Origin: a virus
Length of the DNA stretch: 64,000 bases
Virus record (IMG/VR): IMGVR_UViG_3300045996_002876
Location: 1 to 64,000 of that record
Strand: one strand, 5' to 3'
The notes beneath the pieces were generated by a model. That model was not told where the DNA came from, did not search any database, and worked only from the letters and a program-made list of their open reading frames with translations. The position numbers and the translations under genes were made by a program. Positions 53,134 to 62,298 of the stretch are shown piece after piece; the stretch's first letter is position 1; each line of letters starts with the position of its first letter.

Positions 53134-55458
53134 ATGCCCCTCGCTGCCCCCCAGGCCCCCACGATCGGCTACGAGCTCGGGTACACGGGCGAGCCCTTCC
53201 ACGGGACGCACGAAAACCCCCTGGCGTTCGACACGGAAACCGACCTCCACGGGAAGTTCCACCCCGGCGAGGTCAACAACCTGGCCCTCGTCCAGGCCTC
53301 GGACGGGGAGCGGACGGCCCTGGTCCACCCGAAGGACCTGGCCCGGTTCCTGGCCGCCCACCGGGACGTCCCGTTCGTCGGCCACAACATCGCCTTCGAC
53401 TACTGGGTGGTGGACAAGGCCCTGGCCGGCGACGAGCCGGCCCGGGCCGCCTGGCGGGACAAGGCCCGGGCCGGGCTCCTGCACGACACCATGCTCCTGG
53501 ACGCCCTGGTCCGGCTGGCCGAGGGGAAGGGGGAGACGGGGGACGAGAAGGAGAAGCTCCCGATGAGGAACCTGGGGGAGGTGGCCCGGGACTACGGGGG
53601 CGTGCGGGTCTCGAAGGAGGACCCGTACCGCATGAAGTACTCGGAGATCATTGGGAAGCGGTTCTCCGAGGTGACGGACAAGGGGTTTTGGGAGTACGCG
53701 GCCCGCGACGCCTACGCCACCGCCCGGGCCTGGCCGCCCCTGTACCGGAAGGCCCTGGGGATCGCCCGCCGGTACGCGGCCGGGGGCGGCGGGGGCGGCG
53801 GGGACGGCGGGGCCCGGCTCCGACGGTGGCTGGCGTACGGGGTCCTGACCGAGCGGGTCCAGGTCCAGGGGGCCATCGCCCTGGACGCCATCGGCCGGGC
53901 CGGCATGCCCTTCTGCCCGGACGCCGTGGCCGCCGACGCGGCCCGGTGGCGGCCGGTCGTGGCCGAGTGCGTGGCGGCCATCGACAAGCTCCGCCCGGCC
54001 CACTTCAAGCGGAAGGGCAAGGGGTTCGAGCTGGCCGACAAGAGCGGGTGCCCGAAGACCAACCAGCACGACCTGGTGGACGCCCTGGCCGAGGCCGGGG
54101 ACAAGGTCAAGGCCCACCTGCCCGACTTCACCGCCCCCCAGTCGACCGGGAAGAAGGCCCGCGAGACCGGGGACGCGATCAGCCGGTCGACCGAGGACTG
54201 GGTCCCGTACGCCCCGTACGACCCGTTCCTGGGGCTCTGGGTCCGGCTGGCCGACGCGACCAAGCGGCTGGCCTTCTACGCCGCCTTCCGCCCGCCCGTG
54301 CGGGACCTGTTCTCGGCCCTCGAGCCGGCCGCCGCCCCGCGGGTCCGGAGCCGGTACAACCCGCTCATGCGGACCGGCCGGATCTCGGCCCAGGACCCGA
54401 ACGTCACCCAGTTCCCCCGCGACCCGGGCTTCCGGGGGGTGTTCGCGGCCCCCCCGGGCCGGAAGCTGATCACCGCCGACTACGCCTTCGTCGAGCTCCG
54501 GACCCTGGCCGCCACCTGCTTCGAGCGGTTCGGGTACTCGGTCCTGGCCGACGTCATCAAGGCCGGGGTCGACCCGCACGCGTACACGGCGGCCATGGTC
54601 AACGGGATGAAGCTGGACGAGTTCCTGGCCCTCAAGAAGACCGATCCGGCCAAGTTCAAGTCCTTCCGGCAGTCTTCAAAAGCCCTGAACTTCGGCATCC
54701 CCGGCGGCCTGGGGGCCTTCCGCCTGGTCGAGTACGCGGCCGCCAACTACGGGGTGACCTTCACCCTGGCCGAGGCCGAGGCCTTCCGCCAGAAGCTGGT
54801 GACCGAGGTGTACCCCGAGCTCAACCCGACGGACGGGTACCTGGCCGACGACACGTACGGGGCGATCGCGGTCAACGCCGGGCTGTCCCGCGGGGAGGTC
54901 CTGGCCGCCCTCCCGGGGGACGCCCGGATGAGGGAGTGGCTCGGCCGGGTCCTCTTCCGGGTGGCCGCCGGGGCCACGACCAAGGCCGACGGGACGGACT
55001 ACAACCCGCGGTTCTTCAGCGACTGTTGGGACTTCCTCAAGTCGGTCGGCCGGCGGGCCCCCAAGGGCGGGCCCCTGTCCGAGGCGACCCGCGAGCGGCT
55101 CCTGGCCGGCAAGGGGGACATGCCGACGGCCCGCGAGCTGACCAGCCTGTTCGCCGTCACCCTGACCGGCCGGGTCCGGTCGCGGGTCCGGTACACGGCC
55201 AGCAAGAACACCTGCTTCCAGGGGCTGGCCGCCGACGGGATCAAGCTGGCCGCCTTCCGGCTGGTCCTCGAGGGGTACAAAGTGTGCGGCCTGATCCACG
55301 ACGAGCTGGTCGTGGAGGTCGAGGACCGGGGGGAGGCGGCGAACGAGGCCGCCTCGGCCCACGTCCAGGCCGTGATGAACACAAGTATGGAAGAGGTCCT
55401 CGGCGGGGCCGTGCCCAGCGGGACCGAGGCCCACGTGGGGGACGCATGGGAAAAGTAG
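53134..55458 (+). CDS. polA: Family A DNA polymerase with 3'-5' exonuclease
   Basis: FDTET, GHNIAFD, YAARDA; RTGRIS..PN..Q.PR, ADYAFVELR, RQSSKALNFG and IHDE. Confidence 0.95.
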   Translation: MPLAAPQAPTIGYELGYTGEPFHGTHENPLAFDTETDLHGKFHPGEVNNLALVQASDGERTALVHPKDLARFLAAHRDVPFVGHNIAFDYWVVDKALAGDEPARAAWRDKARAGLLHDTMLLDALVRLAEGKGETGDEKEKLPMRNLGEVARDYGGVRVSKEDPYRMKYSEIIGKRFSEVTDKGFWEYAARDAYATARAWPPLYRKALGIARRYAAGGGGGGGDGGARLRRWLAYGVLTERVQVQGAIALDAIGRAGMPFCPDAVAADAARWRPVVAECVAAIDKLRPAHFKRKGKGFELADKSGCPKTNQHDLVDALAEAGDKVKAHLPDFTAPQSTGKKARETGDAISRSTEDWVPYAPYDPFLGLWVRLADATKRLAFYAAFRPPVRDLFSALEPAAAPRVRSRYNPLMRTGRISAQDPNVTQFPRDPGFRGVFAAPPGRKLITADYAFVELRTLAATCFERFGYSVLADVIKAGVDPHAYTAAMVNGMKLDEFLALKKTDPAKFKSFRQSSKALNFGIPGGLGAFRLVEYAAANYGVTFTLAEAEAFRQKLVTEVYPELNPTDGYLADDTYGAIAVNAGLSRGEVLAALPGDARMREWLGRVLFRVAAGATTKADGTDYNPRFFSDCWDFLKSVGRRAPKGGPLSEATRERLLAGKGDMPTARELTSLFAVTLTGRVRSRVRYTASKNTCFQGLAADGIKLAAFRLVLEGYKVCGLIHDELVVEVEDRGEAANEAASAHVQAVMNTSMEEVLGGAVPSGTEAHVGDAWEK

Positions 55459-56309
55459 CCGTTTCGACGCCGCTCAAGACGCACGGGGGGAAGGCGTACC
55501 TGGCCCCCCGGATCGTGGCCCTGTTCCCCCCGCGGGACTCCTACCTGCACTACGTGGAGCCCTACGCCGGCGGGCTGTCCGTCCTCCTGGCCAACGACCC
55601 GGAGGGGAAGTCGGAGGTGGTCAACGACCTGGACGGGGAGTTGACCAACTTCTGGACCGTCCTGGCCGACCCGGACCTGTTCGCCGACTTCCGTCGGAGG
55701 GTTGAGTCCCGCCCGTTCAGCGAACCCTTATGGCGGGAAGTGTCGGCCCACCGGGACCAGTACGGCCCGTTCGCCGGTCGCCCGGCGTGCGGTGTGGACA
55801 CCCGCGTGATGGACGCGTGTGGGTTCTTCACCCTCTGTCGCCAGTCCCTGGCCGGCCGGAAGGACGCCTTCGCCCCCCTGTCCCGGACCCGCGTCCGCCG
55901 GGGGATGAACGAGCAGGCGTCGGCCTGGCTGTCGGCCGTCGAGGGCCTGCCGGCCGTCCACGCCCGGCTCAAGCGGGTGGTCGTCCTGAACCGCCCGGCC
56001 CTGGACGTGATCCGCCAGCAGGACGGGCCCCGGACCCTCTTTTACCTGGACCCCCCGTACGCCCACGACACCCGGAAGACGACCGGCGAGTACGGGGCGT
56101 ACGAGATGTCGCTCGAGGACCACGCCGAACTCCTCCAGGAGCTCGGCATACTCGAGGGCAGGTTCGTCCTGTCCGGGTACCGGAACGACATGTACGACCG
56201 GACGGCCGAGGTCAACGGGTGGCGGCGGGCGGATTTCGAGATCAGCAATCACGCCGCCGGCGGCAAGGACAAGCGGAGGATGACCGAAAGTGTCTGGCTC
56301 AACTTCTAA
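55446..56309 (+). CDS. dam: DNA adenine methyltransferase (D12 class)
   Basis: GGK, YVEPYAGG, VNDLD and FYLDPPY motifs. Confidence 0.92.
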   Translation: MGKVAVSTPLKTHGGKAYLAPRIVALFPPRDSYLHYVEPYAGGLSVLLANDPEGKSEVVNDLDGELTNFWTVLADPDLFADFRRRVESRPFSEPLWREVSAHRDQYGPFAGRPACGVDTRVMDACGFFTLCRQSLAGRKDAFAPLSRTRVRRGMNEQASAWLSAVEGLPAVHARLKRVVVLNRPALDVIRQQDGPRTLFYLDPPYAHDTRKTTGEYGAYEMSLEDHAELLQELGILEGRFVLSGYRNDMYDRTAEVNGWRRADFEISNHAAGGKDKRRMTESVWLNF

Positions 56310-56742
56310 GACCTGCTCCCGGTGCTCCCGCCGCCGGGCGGCCGGGCACTTCTCCCGCAAGGCGGCCGCCCCGGACGGCCTCCAGGGGCACTGCAAGGAC
56401 TGCGCCCGCGAGTACGGGACCCGGTGGGCCCGCGAGACCCGCCGGCTGAACGGGGCCGAGACCCTGGCCGAGCGGGACGCCCGCCGGCGGCGGGACGCGG
56501 CGGCCACCCAGGCGGCCGTCCTGGCCGCCGTCCGGGCCGTCTGGGCCCGGACCGGCCGCCCCCCGGTCCTGGCCGAGGTGGCCCGCGGGGCCGGGTTCGA
56601 GCACGTCAGCTCGGTCCAGCCCTACCTGGCCCGGCTGGAGGCCCTGGGCGAGATCGAGCGGGACGCCCCCGGCGGGCACCTGCGGACGATCTGGCCGGCC
56701 GGCGCGCGGGCCCGGATCCGGGCCCTCCTGGGCGATTCTTGA
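56290..56742 (+). CDS. Zn-ribbon + LexA-type winged-HTH protein
   Basis: CSRC...DGLQGHCKDC; GRPPVLAEVA..GF...SSVQ.YL..LE..G.IER. Confidence 0.65.
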   Translation: MSGSTSKTCSRCSRRRAAGHFSRKAAAPDGLQGHCKDCAREYGTRWARETRRLNGAETLAERDARRRRDAAATQAAVLAAVRAVWARTGRPPVLAEVARGAGFEHVSSVQPYLARLEALGEIERDAPGGHLRTIWPAGARARIRALLGDS

Positions 56743-56787
56743 GACTCAAGATTTTTTCTTGACATTCCACAACCTGCCTCCTACAGT
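56737..56787 (+). promoter_or_regulatory. Promoter with operator palindrome
   Basis: TCTTGA-gac-TCAAGA-TTTTT-TCTTGA; TTGACA-17-TACAGT. Confidence 0.75.
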
Positions 56788-56808
56788 GGGTGGTAGGAGG
56801 CCTGCCCA

Positions 56809-57318
56809 GTGTCTTACGGCCCGGACCCGTTCCAAGAGACGATTCGTTACTTCGACGCCCCGACCGCCTACTGGGCAGGGCTTTTCGACGGCGAGGGATC
56901 GGTTGGAATCAACAGGAAGGCCATAAGAGGCAAGCAGAAGCGGTTCAGCTATCAGTGCGAAGCCAAGCTGACGATGTGCGACGAGGATATTGTTTACGCA
57001 TTCAGCGCGGCCTTCGACGGCACGTTCGGGGTCCGGTACCCGAAAAAGGCCAATGTCTCCGTCGCCTATACGAGCGGGCTGGGAGGGAGGAAGTGCCTGG
57101 CCTTCCTCACCAAGATCCTCCCTCACGCGAGGGTGAAGAAGAAGGAGATCGAGGTCGCTATTGAGTACCTGCACTGGCAGAAAGCCCTCACCGGGTTCGA
57201 CCAGAAAACCACCTACCGGTACACGGAGGAAGATAAGAGGTACCAGGCTCTGATGAGACGCCTCTTGCACGACCTCAAGCCTGGTTTCTCGGCGACAAAA
57301 GTCCCGTTCAAAGACTGA
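56809..57318 (+). CDS. Single-motif LAGLIDADG endonuclease
   Basis: AYWAGLFDGEGSV; FL..ILPH..VKK; lower GC than neighbours. Confidence 0.85.
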   Translation: MSYGPDPFQETIRYFDAPTAYWAGLFDGEGSVGINRKAIRGKQKRFSYQCEAKLTMCDEDIVYAFSAAFDGTFGVRYPKKANVSVAYTSGLGGRKCLAFLTKILPHARVKKKEIEVAIEYLHWQKALTGFDQKTTYRYTEEDKRYQALMRRLLHDLKPGFSATKVPFKD

Positions 57319-57348
57319 CCCCTGTTCGTACCGGACCCGGAGCCCCAC

Positions 57349-57729
57349 GTGGCCAGCCCCACCCTTACCGACTTGCCTGTGCCCGCGCCGGGCCCCGGGT
57401 CCCCGGTCGTCCCCGGCGTCGGCCGGGACGCCCCGACCGTCACCAACGAGAACGGGGCCCGCCAGTCCCAAACGCTCTACCGGATGGATTTGATGCCCCC
57501 GCGGGCCACCCTGGCCGTGGCCGGGGTGCTGGCCGAGGGGGCCCCGAAGTACGGCGAGTGGAACTGGCTGGGCATCCCGACGGCCGACCACCTGAACCAC
57601 GCCCTGGTCCACGTCTACGCCCACCTGGCCGGGGACGCCCAGGACGACCACCTGGGGCACGCCGCCTGCCGTCTCCTTATGGCCCTGGAGATCGCCCTCC
57701 GGGGCGGGCCGACGAAGGGGGCCGCGTGA
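57349..57729 (+). CDS. dATP/dGTP diphosphohydrolase domain protein (DUF5664-like)
   Basis: VLAEGA.KYG.WNW...HLNHAL.H...DHLGHAACRLL. Confidence 0.75.
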   Translation: MASPTLTDLPVPAPGPGSPVVPGVGRDAPTVTNENGARQSQTLYRMDLMPPRATLAVAGVLAEGAPKYGEWNWLGIPTADHLNHALVHVYAHLAGDAQDDHLGHAACRLLMALEIALRGGPTKGAA

Positions 57730-57968
57730 GGCCGCCCCTGACCCCCCGCCAGCGGGACATCTACGACGCCATGCTGGAGTGCCTGGTCGAGAACCAGTGC
57801 CTGCCCACCTACCGCGAGCTGGGGGTCCGGTTCGGGATCAAGAGCCCGAACGGGGTGGCCTGCCACCTGAAGGCCCTGGCCGCCAAGGGGTACGTCGCCC
57901 CGGCGATGGGCAAGAACCGGGCGTACCGGCTCCTGGGGGTCCGCCTCCGGGCCGAGGTGGTCGAATGA
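57726..57968 (+). CDS. Stand-alone LexA DNA-binding domain protein
   Basis: LTPRQRDIY...PTYRELG..FGIKSPNGVACHLKAL..KGY...NRA; no S24 peptidase domain. Confidence 0.85.
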   Translation: MRPPLTPRQRDIYDAMLECLVENQCLPTYRELGVRFGIKSPNGVACHLKALAAKGYVAPAMGKNRAYRLLGVRLRAEVVE

Positions 57969-58783
57969 GGACCATCCTCACCCGGACCGGCCGCCTCGTC
58001 TGCCCCCTGGCGCTCAAAGAGGACGATGTGGACGTCCTGGACGTGGCCTGGGCGTTGGCGGGCGAGGGAAGATTTTCCAACCACACGTGTGCGACGTTTA
58101 GCGTCGGTCAGCACTCCGTCCAGATGGCCCGCTGGGCCCTCCGCCTGGGGTACGGCGAGACGGTGGCCTACCAGTGCCTCCTGCACGACGCCCCGGAGGC
58201 CTACCTGGGGGACATCGCCACCCCGGTCAAGGAACTCTTCCCGGCGTACCGGGAGGCCGAGGAGGCCGCCTGGCGGACGATCGCCCGCGCCCTCCACTGC
58301 CCGCCCGCCCTGGACCACCGCGTCAAGGAGCTCGACCGCCGGGCCCTGCGGACGGAGCTCCGGGACCTCATGCCCGACTACGCGTCGGACGACCCCCAGC
58401 ACGCCCGCGACGCCGCGACCCGGCCGTTCCCCGAGCGGCTCCACCCGTGGCCGCGGGACCAGGCCTTCTTCTGGTTCCTGGCGGCGTACGCCGAGCTGGC
58501 CCCGGCCGGGGCCCCCGGCGTCGACTGGGCCCGGTTCAACGCCATCCGCTCCCGCTCCGACAAGCCCAGCTTTCGCCCCGCCCGTTACCCCAAGGACCCC
58601 GTGACCCCCGTGACCCCCGTGACCCCCGTGACCCCCGTGATGACCTCGACCCCGTTCACCCACACGCTCTCGTACGTGACCAAGACCGGCAAGACCATGT
58701 CCCGCCGGTTCCGCGACCTGGCCCTGACGGCCGGCGGCACGGCCGGGCGGATCACCCCCCTCCGGACCCCGGTCTCGAAGTAA
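57965..58783 (+). CDS. HD-domain 5'-deoxynucleotidase (YfbR/YfdR-like)
   Basis: DVAWAL...RF..H...SVGQHS, LLHDAPEAYLGDI.TP.K and VKELD...L..E. Confidence 0.85.
   Translation: MRTILTRTGRLVCPLALKEDDVDVLDVAWALAGEGRFSNHTCATFSVGQHSVQMARWALRLGYGETVAYQCLLHDAPEAYLGDIATPVKELFPAYREAEEAAWRTIARALHCPPALDHRVKELDRRALRTELRDLMPDYASDDPQHARDAATRPFPERLHPWPRDQAFFWFLAAYAELAPAGAPGVDWARFNAIRSRSDKPSFRPARYPKDPVTPVTPVTPVTPVMTSTPFTHTLSYVTKTGKTMSRRFRDLALTAGGTAGRITPLRTPVSK
58601..58640 (+). repeat. 9-bp tandem repeat (GTGACCCCC x4.4; VTP repeats)
   Basis: Read directly. Confidence 0.9.
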
Positions 58784-58791
58784 CCCCGGTA

Positions 58792-58824
58792 CCGCCCGGC
58801 TTCGCTGGAGGCGAAGCCGGGCGG
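58792..58824. repeat. 14-bp perfect palindrome, loop TGGAG
   Basis: CCGCCCGGCTTCGC-TGGAG-GCGAAGCCGGGCGG. Confidence 0.85.
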
Positions 58825-58838
58825 GCGGAGACCCGCAG

Positions 58839-59132
58839 ATGGCCCTCGGCGACTCCCTCCTGACCGGCGACGGGGACCCCGTGGCCCAGCGGCGGTTCAA
58901 GCAGGTGGCGATCGACCCGGCCCTCCTGCTGACCCTCCTGGCCGGGGCCGGGGAGTACACCCTGACCGGGATCCCGGCCGACGCCCGGGTCCACCGGGCC
59001 GCATACGACCTCGACCGGGACTGGTTCCGGATGACCCTGGTCTCGGCCGAGTTCCCGATCCTGTACGAAGGGGAGGAGATCCCGCCCTTGGCCCTCGGCG
59101 TCCGCCGGCTCGAACCCGACCACGTGGTCTGA
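58839..59132 (+). CDS. Hypothetical protein
   Basis: GIPADARV...SAEF....GEEIP pattern. Confidence 0.65.
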   Translation: MALGDSLLTGDGDPVAQRRFKQVAIDPALLLTLLAGAGEYTLTGIPADARVHRAAYDLDRDWFRMTLVSAEFPILYEGEEIPPLALGVRRLEPDHVV

Positions 59133-59695
59133 TGGTGTACCCATCCTTCACGACGACCGGGCCGGCGAAGATCTGGCTCCCCGGGTTCGACGACCTGGCC
59201 GGCAAGTGGGAGCTGACCTTTCGACAGGACCCGGTGGACTGGACGACCCGACCCGCGGGGAACAAGGCCCCCCGGTCGTACCAGTGGATCGAGGCCGAGT
59301 TCCGGATTCACCCCGGTGAGATCCGGTGGGACGACCGGCGGAGACGGTGGGTGGACGTCCGGAAGGGCGTCGGCCAGACCCGCCGGCTCCTGGATTTCGT
59401 CCGGGGGGACCGGGTCCGGACGGTGCCCTTCGTCCCCGTCCCGGGCGGGTGGGTGTGGTACGTCCCGGGCCGCCCGACCGTCCTCCGGCGGACGCTCGAG
59501 CTAGCCGGCACGGCCATAGACATGAGCTGGCGGTCGGCCGGCGAGTGGGCGGTCGTCCCGTGCGGCGGGTGGCGGCTGGCGGACAACCCGTTCGACCGCC
59601 AGGTCCTGGCCTGCATGCTGGACGACGCCCTGGACCGGGGGGCCGACGAGAGTCCTTACCGGAAGGCCCTGGAACTCCTGGAGAAGTGGCCGTGA
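59132..59695 (+). CDS. Trp-rich hypothetical protein
   Basis: Coupled, 187 aa. Confidence 0.6.
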   Translation: MVYPSFTTTGPAKIWLPGFDDLAGKWELTFRQDPVDWTTRPAGNKAPRSYQWIEAEFRIHPGEIRWDDRRRRWVDVRKGVGQTRRLLDFVRGDRVRTVPFVPVPGGWVWYVPGRPTVLRRTLELAGTAIDMSWRSAGEWAVVPCGGWRLADNPFDRQVLACMLDDALDRGADESPYRKALELLEKWP

Positions 59696-59916
59696 CCTAC
59701 GCCTCGGACGAGTACTGGCCGACCCCCATCCGCCTCCCGGAGCCCGACCCCCGCACACCCGTGGTCGTCTCCCTCGACCTGGACCTCACAAGGTCGGAGT
59801 ACGGGCACGTGTACGACGACCTGGTCCGCCTCCACGCCGTCCCCAACCTGGACCCGCACACCCGGGCCCTCCTGTTCGTCCTGAGCGGGAAGTTCCTCCA
59901 GAGGTCCCGCCGATGA
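59692..59916 (+). CDS. Hypothetical protein
   Basis: GTGA-coupled, 74 aa. Confidence 0.55.
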   Translation: MTYASDEYWPTPIRLPEPDPRTPVVVSLDLDLTRSEYGHVYDDLVRLHAVPNLDPHTRALLFVLSGKFLQRSRR

Positions 59917-60476
59917 CCCCGGCCCTCCTCTGCGGCCTCGTCCTGGCCCTCCGGGGCGACCTGGCCCACGACCGGTACCCGGTCCGGGCGGCCGCCCAGG
60001 CCCGGGTCGAGCGGCTCCCCGCGGGGGCCACCCCGGCCGTCCGCCGGCTGGCCGCCGACCCGGACCCGCAGGTGGCCGACTGGGCCGGCCGCGAGCTGGC
60101 CCGGCGGGCGGCGGCCGCGACCCTGGCCCGGGCCGAGGCCCTGATGGCCGAGCTGGACCCGGCGAGGTGGGACAAGGTGGAGGCCGAGGGGGCCTTCCTG
60201 GAGGCCCTGGTCCGCCGCCTGTACGCCGACCCGCCGATGGCCCTCCAGTGGGCCGCCCTGGCGTACTACCGGGAGGAGTCCCTGGACGACTGGGGCCGCG
60301 ACGAGTTCCTCCGGGTGTTCGCCGGGCGGGCCCCCGGGGACCCGCCGGCGGACCCCTACTGGGCGTCCCCGGCCTTCGGGTACTGGGCCCTGCACGACGC
60401 CTGGGCGGCCCGGGCCAAGGCCGCCGGGAAGACGACGTCCGCCCCCGCCCCCCGCGACACCACGGGACACGAATGA
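59913..60476 (+). CDS. Secreted HEAT-like repeat protein
   Basis: Hydrophobic N-terminus; L..DRY.VR.AA...L...DPDPQV pattern common in planctomycetes. Confidence 0.55.
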   Translation: MTPALLCGLVLALRGDLAHDRYPVRAAAQARVERLPAGATPAVRRLAADPDPQVADWAGRELARRAAAATLARAEALMAELDPARWDKVEAEGAFLEALVRRLYADPPMALQWAALAYYREESLDDWGRDEFLRVFAGRAPGDPPADPYWASPAFGYWALHDAWAARAKAAGKTTSAPAPRDTTGHE

Positions 60477-61204
60477 CCCGCCCCAAGAAGGACCGCCAGG
60501 ACCGGAAGGCCGTGGGCAAGGACGCCCGCCTCGAGAAGGCGAGGGGCCGGCTCAAGGCCCTCAAGAAGCCCCATTGGGAACCGACGGACTGGCAGAGGGA
60601 GGCCCAGGCGGCCTTCCGCCAGTGCGACGTACTTGTGCTGGCCGGCTTTCCCGGAACGGCCAAGACGGCTTGTGCCGTCTGGCTGGCCGTCGAGGAGTTC
60701 CTGGCCGGCCGGTCGCGGAAGCTGTACCTGCTCCGCCCGAACGTCGAGGCCGGGCCGTCCATGGGCCACCTGCCCGGGGACGTCCTCCAGAAGCTCGACC
60801 CCTACCTCCGCCCGGTCTTCGAGTTCCTGTCGGCCCTCGGCCTGTCCGGCCACCAGATGATCAAGGACCGGACCCTGGAGGTGGTGGCCGTCCAGCACGC
60901 CAAGGGGCGGACCTTCCACGGCGGGACGATCCTCCTGGACGAGGCCCAGGACTGTCGGGAGAGCCAGCTGAGGCTGGTGTTCTCCCGGATGGGGGCCAAC
61001 GCGAAGCTGATCGTGACCGGGGACCCGAACCAGGCGGACATCCCGGACGACCCGAACCCCTTCCGGGTGTTCGTGGCCAAGGCGGCGATGGCCGCCGGGG
61101 ACCCGGCCGAGACCGGGTTCAAGCTGTTCCGCCTGGGGGAGGCCGACGTCCTCCGCCACGAGATGGTCCCGAAGCTCCTGAAAATGTGCGGGGTCCCCAA
61201 GTGA
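60473..61204 (+). CDS. phoH: PhoH-family ATPase
   Basis: GFPGTAKT, RP.VEAG..GHLPG, KGRTF, LDEAQD, TGDPNQAD and DVLRH. Confidence 0.92.
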   Translation: MTRPKKDRQDRKAVGKDARLEKARGRLKALKKPHWEPTDWQREAQAAFRQCDVLVLAGFPGTAKTACAVWLAVEEFLAGRSRKLYLLRPNVEAGPSMGHLPGDVLQKLDPYLRPVFEFLSALGLSGHQMIKDRTLEVVAVQHAKGRTFHGGTILLDEAQDCRESQLRLVFSRMGANAKLIVTGDPNQADIPDDPNPFRVFVAKAAMAAGDPAETGFKLFRLGEADVLRHEMVPKLLKMCGVPK

Positions 61205-61425
61205 GCGACAAGAAGCGGATCGAACTCCGGGCCGTCGTCGACCTGACCGACGACGAGATCCGGGCCCTGGCCGACGACTTCAACGGCCGGGCCCCGTCCT
61301 GCGTCCGGGGGGACGTGTACACGGCCCTCCGGGAGGAGTTCGGGAACCAGCTCCGCCGGATCGCCCTGGGCAAGACCCTGCTCCAGGCCGAGGCCCGGGT
61401 CCTGTGCGTGGGGGGCCCGGCGTGA
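61201..61425 (+). CDS. Hypothetical protein
   Basis: GTGA-coupled. Confidence 0.55.
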   Translation: MSDKKRIELRAVVDLTDDEIRALADDFNGRAPSCVRGDVYTALREEFGNQLRRIALGKTLLQAEARVLCVGGPA

Positions 61426-61658
61426 GCGCCCTCCCGACCGCCCTCCCGGCCGAGCCGCGGGCCCTCCGGGTCACCCTGGACCTCCGGGCCGACCGCCTGG
61501 ACTGCCTCGCCGCCGACCTCCGCAAGGCGGCCGCCCACAAAGCCACGGCCTACGAGGCGGCGGCCGTCCTGAACTTCCTGGCCGCCCAGATCGAGTGGGC
61601 CCTGGTCGGCGGTTCCCAGTTCGACACCCCGGCCCCGACCTGGAGGGGCGACGTATGA
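61422..61658 (+). CDS. Hypothetical protein
   Basis: GTGA-coupled. Confidence 0.55.
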   Translation: MSALPTALPAEPRALRVTLDLRADRLDCLAADLRKAAAHKATAYEAAAVLNFLAAQIEWALVGGSQFDTPAPTWRGDV

Positions 61659-62074
61659 CCCTCCCGGTGAAGCTCCTGGACCCGGACGCCTTCCTGCCGA
61701 CGCGGGCCCACCCCGAGGACGCCGGCCTCGACCTGTACGCCCGGGCCCCGTTCACGGTCGGCCGGGGCAAGCAGGTCCGGGTCGGGCTGGGGATCGCGGT
61801 GGGCATCCCGCCCGGCCGGGTCGGGCTGATCCGGGACCGGTCCGGCCTGGCCGCCCGCGGCCTGCACGTCCTGGGCGGGGTGGTCGACGCGGGGTACGCC
61901 GGGGAGGTGGCCGTGGTCATCAAGAACCTGTCCCCGGCCGACCACGCGTTCGAGCGGCGGGACCGGGTGGCCCAGCTCCTGGTCGTCCCGGTCGACCTCC
62001 CGGAGCCGGTCCCGGTGGACGAGCTCCCCCTCTCGGCCCGTGGGGACGGCGGCTGGGGGAGTACCGGGGTATGA
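61655..62074 (+). CDS. dut: dUTPase (trimeric)
   Basis: DAGLDL, RSGLA, GVVDAGY.GE, RVAQL and RGDGGWGSTG. Confidence 0.95.
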   Translation: MTLPVKLLDPDAFLPTRAHPEDAGLDLYARAPFTVGRGKQVRVGLGIAVGIPPGRVGLIRDRSGLAARGLHVLGGVVDAGYAGEVAVVIKNLSPADHAFERRDRVAQLLVVPVDLPEPVPVDELPLSARGDGGWGSTGV

Positions 62075-62298
62075 GCACGAACGACTTCTGCCCGACCTGC
62101 TCGGGCCCCTACGTGGTCCGGTGTAGGTGTCCCCGCGGGGACATGCGGTGTGCCGCCGGCCACGAGTGGCACACCTGCCCCCTGTGCAAGCGGGCGACCC
62201 CCGGCGAGTCCGATCACGCGTTCGACCTCCGGGCCGCGTACTGCCCCCAGTGTGCGGCCGGGGCGGACGTGGACGCCTTCGGCGGGAGCGACCTGTGA
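62071..62298 (+). CDS. Small Cys-rich Zn-finger protein
   Basis: CPTC..CRC..C..GHEW..CPLC..CPQC. Confidence 0.6.
   Translation: MSTNDFCPTCSGPYVVRCRCPRGDMRCAAGHEWHTCPLCKRATPGESDHAFDLRAAYCPQCAAGADVDAFGGSDL

Noticed and set aside
56809-57318. Group I intron or intein around the LAGLIDADG gene
   Set aside because: It has its own promoter, flanking genes look intact and there is no room for an intron core
58601-58640. CRISPR array or DGR repeat
   Set aside because: Simple 9-bp coding tandem repeat; no spacers, cas genes or reverse transcriptase in the window
53134-58783. Z-base (2-aminoadenine) genome system suggested by PolA, DUF5664-like and HD genes
   Set aside because: No PurZ/PurA-like gene in the window, the phage has an adenine methylase and an integrase, and these hydrolases are common in ordinary phages
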